DNA of 64,000 nucleotides from a virus, in the IMG/VR virus record IMGVR_UViG_3300025815_000010, positions 15,775 to 79,774 of that record; one strand, given 5' to 3'. The position numbers and the translations under genes are program-made. Each line of letters starts with the position of its first letter. The stretch's first letter is position 1. The notes below the pieces were generated by a model. It did not search any database. It was not told the origin of the DNA and was given only the letters and a program-made list of their open reading frames with translations. Shown piece after piece: positions 1 through 7,132 of the stretch.

Positions 1-801
1 CAAGCGTCTTACAAGCTGCGTACTTGCAGGCATTGTAGAGGCAGCAGCACCGTCATCAATTGTCAAGATAGCGGTCCCGTCTCCTGCTTCAATAGCGGTT
101 AGAAGGTCTAGGTTGAGGTCCGACATCTTAGCAAAGTCAGTGTCAAAAACTGCAACAGTCCAGGTTGTCTGCGCAAGAAGATCTGGGTCGAAACGAAGAA
201 TCTTCTTTTCCGCCTCAGTAAGAGCGCTCACCAACTTAGAAGCAATTTGAATTGTCTCAATAACAAGACCACCGTTTGTGGCATCGTCAGCGTCAGTGCC
301 AGACGTGACAACAGAGCCTGTTGGCGAAGAATAGGCATTTGCCATGTTGTAGAAGCCGCCGCCCTCTTCAGTAATCTCTGTCACACCACCAGTAAGCTGG
401 CTACCAACAACACCACCACCATAAATTGAATCTGGCGTAGTGCCGTCAATACCAAGACGGTCGTTGGAGTACGTAAAGTCGAGGAAGAAGATGAGACCTG
501 CCGGGAGGCTCATCGGCTGAACGCTAACGAGGTCGTTGGCCAAAAGACCACCGAACACGCGACGAACAATTGGGAATGCAACAGCAGCGAAGCCCTCAAC
601 ATCGCCAGCTGCCATGGTGGAGACCTCACGAAGAAGCTCCTTAGCCTGGTTCTCAAGTAGACGTGACATGCTAGCACGATCACGATCATCGGAGATACCC
701 TCAAGGAGACCCGTGGCCTCCCACTTGGACTGAAGTGCCGCGCCTTCCTTTGCAAGATCGCGGTCAACAATGCCCTCTGTTAACTTCTGTAGTATAGACA
801 T
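1..801 (-). CDS. gp23: Major capsid protein (T4 gp23-like), 3' end beyond window
   Basis: Not in the ORF track. Read manually from ATG at 801: MSILQKLTEG...SKWEATGLLEG...LLENQAKELL...AFPIVRRVFGGLLANDLVSVQPMSLPAGLIFFLDF, a gp23 N-terminal signature. AGGAGG SD at 811-816. Confidence 0.95.
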   Translation of the reverse strand, partial: MSILQKLTEGIVDRDLAKEGAALQSKWEATGLLEGISDDRDRASMSRLLENQAKELLREVSTMAAGDVEGFAAVAFPIVRRVFGGLLANDLVSVQPMSLPAGLIFFLDFTYSNDRLGIDGTTPDSIYGGGVVGSQLTGGVTEITEEGGGFYNMANAYSSPTGSVVTSGTDADDATNGGLVIETIQIASKLVSALTEAEKKILRFDPDLLAQTTWTVAVFDTDFAKMSDLNLDLLTAIEAGDGTAILTIDDGAAASTMPASTQLVRRL

Positions 802-821
802 GATTAAAATCCTCCTAAAAT

Positions 822-2156
822 TTATCTATCTTTAATTCCTGCCAAGAGTTTCATTCTATCTGAGAACAGATTTGAATTGGACTCTTGAATCTTTCTTCTC
901 GGCAACATAGATGAAGGTCTTGATACAGCCTCACTCAGTGATTGCGGACCACTCTTACGAGAAGTTCCCACTGCGTTTTGAAGTGTTTCATACAACACCT
1001 TCGCCTCATTTACCGAACCTGCATTAGAGAGAGCTTCGACAATCGTTTCCTTTTGTCGCTCATTCAGGGAGGACTTTCTCAACACGCGGTTCGTATAAAG
1101 TAGTTTAGCGTTAGCAAGGTTAACCTCATCCAGCCTCTCCTTCAGAGCTTCTACAGCTTCCTTCAACTTAGCGTTGACGGACTGATGCTTCTGGAGGGCT
1201 TCCTGTAGGGTCTTGCCAACCTTTAAAAGTTCATCTCTTTCTTCTTTGTACTCGTCGGACTGTGCCATAGCGGCTGCAAGCTCTTCATTGTGCTGCATGA
1301 CAGACTCTGGTGTGCCTGCCCAACCGCTCTTTGTTGGCATTAAGTCAACAACAAGACTTTCAACAATTTCTTCGATATTCTCTTCGGAAAGCTCAAGACT
1401 TTCTTCGTTCAAGTTTTTCAATGCAGCCAATTCAGTGCTACCACGATCTTCATATTGGCTCTTTTGTTCATCACTTAGGTTTTTTGGAGGGACCATAAAG
1501 ATTTGATCTTTATGAACCACACTGAGGTCGATTTCTGGTCCACCCTTTGCGGTCTGATAACCAACAAAAAGCTCAGAGGAAATACCAAGTTTTTCTGCAA
1601 TGTCCTCTAGCGTATCGCCTTCCACAGCAGTGTACGTTTGCCCCTCTTCTCCTTCAAACATATCAATAGTTTCTTCGTCTAGCTCTATTTGGCCTTCATC
1701 CATGGACGGAACTACCTCAAGATCCTCCACGCCCATCTCCTCTTCAAGAGCATCAATGTCACGAGTAATGGACTCAAGCATGGCCTGTAGCTCCCCACGA
1801 GTAACGTCAATCTCTACTTCGTCTTCTAGATCAGAATCATCGTCTAGATCAGTGAGCGATGCATAACCAACATCTCCAAGCTCCTCTTCCTCGCCTGGTG
1901 CGAATGTGGCACCAGTCTCTGCATCAACAGGGTCAGGAGCCATACCTAGTCCACCCGGAGGAGCACCAATATCAGCAGGAGGCGCACCGATATCCATCGG
2001 AAGAGCAGCGGCTGCTAGGTCTTGCTCCAGAAGCTTCTCTACAGCTTCTTCAATCTTTGGAGCATATGCCTCAAGCAAAGATGCCTCTGCATTTTTAAGA
2101 ACAGCCTCTCTAAGAGCCTTCGCATCAACAATTGCATCGTCAAGTAAAGATGACAT
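822..2156 (-). CDS. Prohead core/scaffolding protein with inserted LysM-like domain
   Basis: Very acidic, coiled-coil protein immediately upstream of the capsid gene. C-terminus ...LDEVNLANAKLLYTN...RMKLLAGI. Likely start MSSLLDDAI at 2156 with GAGGA SD at 2164-2168. LysM-like segment YTAVEGDTLEDIAEKLGIS at about 1488-1637. Confidence 0.8.
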   Translation of the reverse strand: MSSLLDDAIVDAKALREAVLKNAEASLLEAYAPKIEEAVEKLLEQDLAAAALPMDIGAPPADIGAPPGGLGMAPDPVDAETGATFAPGEEEELGDVGYASLTDLDDDSDLEDEVEIDVTRGELQAMLESITRDIDALEEEMGVEDLEVVPSMDEGQIELDEETIDMFEGEEGQTYTAVEGDTLEDIAEKLGISSELFVGYQTAKGGPEIDLSVVHKDQIFMVPPKNLSDEQKSQYEDRGSTELAALKNLNEESLELSEENIEEIVESLVVDLMPTKSGWAGTPESVMQHNEELAAAMAQSDEYKEERDELLKVGKTLQEALQKHQSVNAKLKEAVEALKERLDEVNLANAKLLYTNRVLRKSSLNERQKETIVEALSNAGSVNEAKVLYETLQNAVGTSRKSGPQSLSEAVSRPSSMLPRRKIQESNSNLFSDRMKLLAGIKDR

Positions 2157-2186
2157 TAATAAATCCTCACAATAGTTATTCATGAA

Positions 2187-2194
2187 TAAATAGT
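2187..2194 (-). promoter_or_regulatory. Putative late promoter ACTATTTA
   Basis: Intergenic, 31 nt upstream of the scaffold start. The same motif recurs upstream of other structural genes. Confidence 0.6.
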
Positions 2195-2223
2195 ATTACA
2201 ATAAAGTAAAATCCAATTTTACC

Positions 2224-2535
2224 TTATCTGTTTTGTTTTGCTTGCTTCATTTTAAGCTTTCTGAGGACTGCTTCTCTGCGCATCTTGTCTCTTCTCTTCT
2301 TTACGGATGGCTTTTCGTAATACCTACCCTTCCTGAAGTCGTCTGCGATGCCGCTTTTCTTAACCTTTCTTAGAAATCTTTTAATAGTTTTCTCGATTGG
2401 TTCATTTCCTTTCGGTTGAATCGAAACGTGAGATGGTCTCTTTCCTTCCTTTGGGGGTTGTCTATGTGTATTATTGTATCTTCTATCTCTTCTATCGTCG
2501 TAATTTCGATAATGATTATCTCTTTTATATGACAT
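2224..2535 (-). CDS. rpsU: Phage-encoded 30S ribosomal protein bS21 with N-terminal extension
   Basis: Core NEPIEKTIKRFLRKVKKSGIADDFRKGRYYEKPSVKKRR matches the bS21 pattern (E..E.ALKRFKRK....G...E.RKR..YEKPS). GAGG SD present. Confidence 0.9.
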   Translation of the reverse strand: MSYKRDNHYRNYDDRRDRRYNNTHRQPPKEGKRPSHVSIQPKGNEPIEKTIKRFLRKVKKSGIADDFRKGRYYEKPSVKKRRDKMRREAVLRKLKMKQAKQNR

Positions 2536-2543
2536 TATTTCCT

Positions 2544-3002
2544 CTAACTTGATTTATCGACACCAACAGTATCCTCCCATGAACCAGAAGGGACTCTTGC
2601 TGCCTTAATTGTCGTAATACCAGCAATGACTGAAGCTGATGTTTCTTGAGAAGAATCGCTCATTAAGTAAAGCTGCGTAACTCTGAAATCTGCGGAGAAC
2701 GAACTACTAGGCTTAATCACAATGTAATTTGCATTTGGATTATTTAAACCACCAGAGGCAAAGGCGAGCCTGATGTCTGAACTAGTATGTGAATCACCCA
2801 ACTCATCATTCCTGACAACAACAAACTTGGTCACACCCGGAAAGGTGATCTTGGTGTAAGTATCGGAAGCTGACGCTGGGACATCCAGCGAAGCTGTTGC
2901 AAATGGGCGACAACTAACCTGATAACTTCCCACATGGTTAAACCCTGGTTCATGATATCCGAAAATTGGTTGCCCCGTTTTGGGGTCTGTGTTACTAGCC
3001 AT
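2544..3002 (-). CDS. Putative virion (head decoration-like) protein
   Basis: 152 aa, beta-rich and Ser/Thr-rich, in the head module. Preceded by GGAG SD and the ACTATTTA motif. Confidence 0.5.
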   Translation of the reverse strand: MASNTDPKTGQPIFGYHEPGFNHVGSYQVSCRPFATASLDVPASASDTYTKITFPGVTKFVVVRNDELGDSHTSSDIRLAFASGGLNNPNANYIVIKPSSSFSADFRVTQLYLMSDSSQETSASVIAGITTIKAARVPSGSWEDTVGVDKSS

Positions 3003-3025
3003 TAAACATCTCCGTCTTACTTAAC

Positions 3026-3033
3026 TAAATAGT
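3026..3033 (-). promoter_or_regulatory. Putative late promoter ACTATTTA
   Basis: Intergenic, 24 nt upstream of ATG 3002. Confidence 0.6.
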
Positions 3034-3042
3034 GTTAAAATA

Positions 3043-3780
3043 TTAAATATCACTAAAACCGTTTCCTGTGCTTGATCCGCCGCCAGAGGAGGCTATTACA
3101 TCTTTTACTGCAAATCCTCCTTTACCTCGCGCACCCTTAGAGCGTCTTCTGCGTCTTTTATTTCTTTTCTCTTTAGGAGTTTCCGACTCGCTGGCTGAAC
3201 CTGCGACATAAGAAACTTTTGGCCTATCAGCTACCGTACCGTAGGCAGCAGAACGAAATCTTGGACCACTCTTCGTTGCAGCAGCTGTATCGTCGTTACT
3301 ATAATCTTGTTCTGCTATAATGACGATTCTAAATTCATCCAAGTCTGCCATCGCTTGTCTGGCAGTTGCATTAAGAGTAATCTCATTTACAGACCCGTTG
3401 CTCCATGAAGAAGCCTGCTGAATTGCCGAGAAAGCAACAAAAGGGAATTCTCCCTTTCCGAAATCTCCATTAACATATTCGGCTGTGGTGCTGCCTGTCG
3501 TAGTAGAAGAGCCCTTAAGAACAATATAATTATTTTGTTTTGCTCCTGTGCTTGGCGCTGTCAATTTTAATGTCGCCGAAGCAGGAGCTACGGTAATAGA
3601 GCTAGTATCAAACACCATAAAAATTCTATGAATATCATAGGGTCCAACTGATGTCGCTATCTTTAGGCCGAGAGTAGTTGGTTCTGACGCAGTACCGGAA
3701 CTAGACTGCCTAGCAGTATTCCAAGTAGCTGCATTGTCAACTTTAATAACGGCACTATTTGATGCGGTAATATCAGGCAT
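3043..3780 (-). CDS. Putative virion protein, DNRLRE/CBM-like beta domain with Arg-rich C-terminal tail
   Basis: Likely start MPDITAS at 3780 (TAATG overlap with upstream stop). RIFMVFDTSSI...SATLKL...RPKVSY resembles DNRLRE-type domains. Tail KRNKRRRRRSK. Confidence 0.5.
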   Translation of the reverse strand: MPDITASNSAVIKVDNAATWNTARQSSSGTASEPTTLGLKIATSVGPYDIHRIFMVFDTSSITVAPASATLKLTAPSTGAKQNNYIVLKGSSTTTGSTTAEYVNGDFGKGEFPFVAFSAIQQASSWSNGSVNEITLNATARQAMADLDEFRIVIIAEQDYSNDDTAAATKSGPRFRSAAYGTVADRPKVSYVAGSASESETPKEKRNKRRRRRSKGARGKGGFAVKDVIASSGGGSSTGNGFSDI

Positions 3781-4046
3781 TAGATAGTAGTCTCCGTAAC
3801 AGACGTCAGGATTCCCCAACCTCCATTTTCTGTTTCCTCTTCAGTTGTAAAAAAATACTTTAATAAAAAAGATCTTAAAGTGGGTACCGTCTCTGTCGTC
3901 TTAGAATTTATGTCTGCCTGAAATTGACTTAAAAACTCAGATGCCGTTAGGGATCTTGCAATCCAGTCGTCTCCCTCTTGGTGTGGGTAGTCCCAAGCCT
4001 GAACAAAGCCATTTTGCCATGTAATGACAACAGAGAAAGTCCTCAT
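3780..4046 (-). CDS. Hypothetical protein
   Basis: Likely start MRTFSVV at 4046. TAATG overlaps at both ends. Confidence 0.6.
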   Translation of the reverse strand: MRTFSVVITWQNGFVQAWDYPHQEGDDWIARSLTASEFLSQFQADINSKTTETVPTLRSFLLKYFFTTEEETENGGWGILTSVTETTI

Positions 4047-4465
4047 TAGATAAGGTTCTTCCACTTGTTGCCACCTAAGGCCATAATGCCAGAGATATCA
4101 ATTCCAGAATCTCCAGGGTCTGTACCACCCAATGGGCTAGCCATCTGTGTTGCAGAGCCCTGTGCTGGTGCTGGAGTCGTTCCCTCAAAGAGATCAACAC
4201 CACCATATGCGTCTGCTCCAATGGCTTCCATTAGGCGCTTACGGTGCTCCGCCACCCTGTCAGAAACAGACGGTGCTGGAGTTTGTGCAACCTGCTTTTT
4301 TTTTGGTCTCTGCTCTGTCTTAGCTTCCAAGACTGGAGCAGGAGTACCTAAACCTTGCCTGACCTCTGCGATTACGTTAGATAAGATGCCTTCCTCAAGA
4401 ATACTCTCTCGTATGCATTCTTTGATTAAGGGTTTTAGTAATGCTTTTAGTTCAGACTTTTTCAT
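4046..4465 (-). CDS. Hypothetical prohead-associated protein
   Basis: Directly follows the protease gene. N-terminus MKKSELKALLKPLIKECIRE. Confidence 0.6.
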   Translation of the reverse strand: MKKSELKALLKPLIKECIRESILEEGILSNVIAEVRQGLGTPAPVLEAKTEQRPKKKQVAQTPAPSVSDRVAEHRKRLMEAIGADAYGGVDLFEGTTPAPAQGSATQMASPLGGTDPGDSGIDISGIMALGGNKWKNLI

Positions 4466-4466
4466 T

Positions 4467-5096
4467 TTATTTCCTTAAAATTTCGTTCATTAAGTTGTGT
4501 AAATTTTGGTTTTTGTTCTCACCCAAGCTAATACCAATTGACGGAGTTCTCTGTAGAGAGATGCCAGACATTGGCTTGATAAAAGCTCCCGGTGCTGATG
4601 GATCTGAAACAACATCAAAACAAATAAGATTAAAATCATCTTCTACAACAACGTGTTTACCACGCTGTTTTACAGACCCCAAGCCTCTAGAAGAAATACC
4701 GATGCCACAAGCAGATTCTGCGAGGGCTCTCAAGGTTCTTCCAGATGGTGTATTCAATACTTCAATTTTTCCCATAACGCTGTTGCCTTCCCACCAGACC
4801 TCTGTGACCAAGTGAGAACAATTCTTCAACTCAATCACAGAGGAGTCTGGATGGTCTAACTCGCCTAAGGCACGTCTAGTGTCTATAAGCTTCTGGTAGT
4901 TTTTCATTTCTCTTGCGAGAATCTGCTTCGGGTAAACTCGTCCATTTCCGTTAAGAGCATCAGCTTCCTGAATCTTACCGGTCATATAAAACGATACACC
5001 TTCTGACATTCTTTTTTTCTCGCTCTCCGTGAGGTAGTCAGGACAAACTCCACCATCACAAAGTGCAAAATATTCTGTTAACAATTGCTTAGACAT
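4467..5096 (-). CDS. gp21: Prohead core protein protease (T4 gp21-like)
   Basis: NGNGRVYP, ALGELDHP (catalytic His), GISSRGLGS (catalytic Ser), FDVVSDPS. Confidence 0.95.
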   Translation of the reverse strand: MSKQLLTEYFALCDGGVCPDYLTESEKKRMSEGVSFYMTGKIQEADALNGNGRVYPKQILAREMKNYQKLIDTRRALGELDHPDSSVIELKNCSHLVTEVWWEGNSVMGKIEVLNTPSGRTLRALAESACGIGISSRGLGSVKQRGKHVVVEDDFNLICFDVVSDPSAPGAFIKPMSGISLQRTPSIGISLGENKNQNLHNLMNEILRK

Positions 5097-5118
5097 AATG
5101 AAAAAACCCCTTAAGAAT

Positions 5119-5188
5119 GCGGGCGCTACCCGCGCGAGCTACGAACCGGAACAGCAGCGTGCGACAGGTCGTAGTAACCAACTACGAC
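5119..5188 (-). promoter_or_regulatory. Structured RNA leader (multiple hairpins) upstream of the protease
   Basis: Perfect 8-bp stem GTCGTAGT-TGGTT-ACTACGAC (5168-5188) and GC-rich stem GCGGG-TAGCG-CCCGC (5119-5133) followed by ATTCTT. Confidence 0.55.
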
Positions 5189-5213
5189 TTGATATGTTGC
5201 ACAGTAGTGGCAT
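5139..5213 (-). CDS. 24-codon upstream ORF MPLLCNISSRSWLLRPVARCCSGS, in frame with the protease gene
   Basis: ATG at 5213 preceded by AAGGGGGTGA (SD-like). TAG at 5141-5139. 5213-5096 = 117 nt, so in frame with the protease. Confidence 0.45.
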   Translation of the reverse strand: MPLLCNISSRSWLLRPVARCCSGS

Positions 5214-5426
5214 ATCTCACCCCCTTATCTTGGATTATCATGCTCAACATGTAAGAAGTCCCTGAACCTACACAACCACAAATTAAAAAATTAGCGAGTG
5301 TGTAGTCGAAAGTAAATAGTTCGGTCCATCGGTTAATCGCAAATAAAAACCACCCTGCATGAAAACTCATATATCTTTCCATATGGTGTAGTGAACTATC
5401 TTATGAACATGTCTTTCAGAAATCAT
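5182..5426 (-). pseudogene. Degenerate, 5'-truncated paralog of the upstream membrane protein
   Basis: WTELFTFDYT..NF.ICG....GTSYMLSM is shared with ORF 5429-5746. Upstream KIVHYTI in another frame aligns with KLFHCTL, consistent with a frameshift. Confidence 0.6.
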
Positions 5427-5428
5427 CT

Positions 5429-5746
5429 TTATTGACTTTTATGTTGGCTGTTTATTTTTATTCCTTCATCGTCCAGTACCATAGATAACATATATGATGT
5501 GCCAGCACTGACCCAGCCGCAAATAAAAAAGTTTACGACGGTATAGTCAAAAGTAAATAGCTCTGTCCATGGGCTTATCAAAAACATAAACTTACCAGCC
5601 CAATAACCAAAACAAAGCGTGCAATGAAACAACTTTCCGAAACCCCAAAGCCATTCTTTAGATGGCCTTATCTTGTTAAAAATACTAGCGTACACTACAA
5701 GATAAGTTAGTCCATGACATGCAAGGACAAACCAAAGTAGATTCAT
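5429..5746 (-). CDS. Small membrane protein, DUF1360-like (CxxC between TM helices)
   Basis: Hydrophobic helices; IFNKIR...LFHCTLCFGYWAG pattern. Confidence 0.6.
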   Translation of the reverse strand: MNLLWFVLACHGLTYLVVYASIFNKIRPSKEWLWGFGKLFHCTLCFGYWAGKFMFLISPWTELFTFDYTVVNFFICGWVSAGTSYMLSMVLDDEGIKINSQHKSQ

Positions 5747-5748
5747 TA

Positions 5749-6324
5749 TTACTCCTGATTCTCTAAAATGTAACTCATCCAGTATGGGCTTCTGTAGTAG
5801 CCTGGAACTATAGAGCCCTTCTGCTTGTCTTGTGGAACTTCGCCTAGCTCCGTAGATTCTTCTGAATCTGGCTCAAGTATTCTGTTATTTATGAGGTCGT
5901 CAAAGTCTTCCCCATACTCAAAATAAGGTCTTTCACTCTCAATCCACTTCGAAATTGTAAGAAGAATTATTTTAATTGGAGCTTCCATATTTGATTCTGG
6001 TATGGCGGCCTCAAAAGAGTCTAGCGTTGAGCCTCCCTGTACTGATTCTGGTGAGATGACGCCACGAGAAGATAGGTATTTAAACAGTCTATCGGCAGCA
6101 CCGTATGCAACGTCTCCGTTTACGCCATCCTTTTTAAAAGTAACAATCTTCTTTTGCTCTGGGCGTAAGATAATATCTATATCTGCATGATCATAGACAA
6201 TAATATTTCCATCTAATGTTTTCTTAGCCTTAAGAGTAAAGGAAGCAAGAACCTCATTCTCATCTACAACTTTAACAATCACTTTCTTTTCTGACGGTGT
6301 AAACCGAATTCTTACGTCGGGCAT
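5749..6324 (-). CDS. Hypothetical protein (head module)
   Basis: Likely start MPDVRI at 6324 with GGAGG SD. Confidence 0.7.
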   Translation of the reverse strand: MPDVRIRFTPSEKKVIVKVVDENEVLASFTLKAKKTLDGNIIVYDHADIDIILRPEQKKIVTFKKDGVNGDVAYGAADRLFKYLSSRGVISPESVQGGSTLDSFEAAIPESNMEAPIKIILLTISKWIESERPYFEYGEDFDDLINNRILEPDSEESTELGEVPQDKQKGSIVPGYYRSPYWMSYILENQE

Positions 6325-6325
6325 C

Positions 6326-7132
6326 TTAAACCTCCACAACCAAAGCCTGTATCTTCAAGATTGTCTTGATCATTACATCACTGATAGGCTGTGATCTAAA
6401 GTTTTCCAATATAGTCAAAATCTCTCTATTTTTATTACCAAGAGATTCGTCTAGGATAACTTCTCTCTTGGCTTGCAAGTTTTTGACCTCGGTCTTTAAG
6501 CGACTAATCTCATCATTTATAAAGAGCTTAAATTCTGTGGAGGTCTCTGGAGAAAGTGTTACATATCTTGAAAGTAAATCTTTCTGACTTTCGTTTAGAG
6601 AAGAGCCGTATTTCTCGTTAAACTTCTGCACAAAGATGTTGTATGTGATATTGTCAATTGGTTTCATCTTGGGGGAACTTTGGCGTGGTGAAGTCATAAG
6701 ATCAATCACCTTTTCTTCCAGTATGACCCTCTGTGCAATTGACACCTTTGGGGAAAACATCTGTGAGATTGTAGCTAGGGTCTTGTAGTTAGAAATAAAG
6801 TTATTGAAAATAGACTTAGACAGATCAGTGTTGACCTTTTTGATGACTTGTGACTGCTCATCAAAAATCTCTTGCTCTCCAAGCGTATGATAAACTCTTT
6901 TAACTTCAGATAAGATTCTTTCTGCTGTCTCTCTCTTCGCATCGGATACTTCACATAAAGTTTTGTATAAGTTTAGTTCACGATGGAGAACAGTCGTAGT
7001 ATTGAAGTGCTCTTTAAGGATAGAGGCAATTGCGTTCTTAGTAGTCGTATCGGACTGTATGGCAGCCTTTGTCATTTCCTTTACAAGACACTCATACAAA
7101 AACGCAGTGTTTCTCTTCTTATTATGCTTCAT
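6326..7132 (-). CDS. Hypothetical helical protein downstream of portal
   Basis: 268-aa ORF overlapping the portal stop; MKHNKKRNTAFLYE start. Confidence 0.7.
   Translation of the reverse strand: MKHNKKRNTAFLYECLVKEMTKAAIQSDTTTKNAIASILKEHFNTTTVLHRELNLYKTLCEVSDAKRETAERILSEVKRVYHTLGEQEIFDEQSQVIKKVNTDLSKSIFNNFISNYKTLATISQMFSPKVSIAQRVILEEKVIDLMTSPRQSSPKMKPIDNITYNIFVQKFNEKYGSSLNESQKDLLSRYVTLSPETSTEFKLFINDEISRLKTEVKNLQAKREVILDESLGNKNREILTILENFRSQPISDVMIKTILKIQALVVEV

Noticed and set aside
5119-5141. Selenocysteine insertion (SECIS) after the CCSGS peptide
   Set aside because: The stop is TAG, not TGA, and the hairpin does not resemble a bacterial SECIS.
5100-5215. tRNA gene in the GC-rich structured gap
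   Set aside because: I could not build a cloverleaf with acceptor stem and D/T arms, despite a GGTTCG string.
5182-5746. Diversity-generating retroelement template/variable repeat pair
   Set aside because: Differences between the two copies are not adenine-specific and there is no reverse transcriptase in the window.
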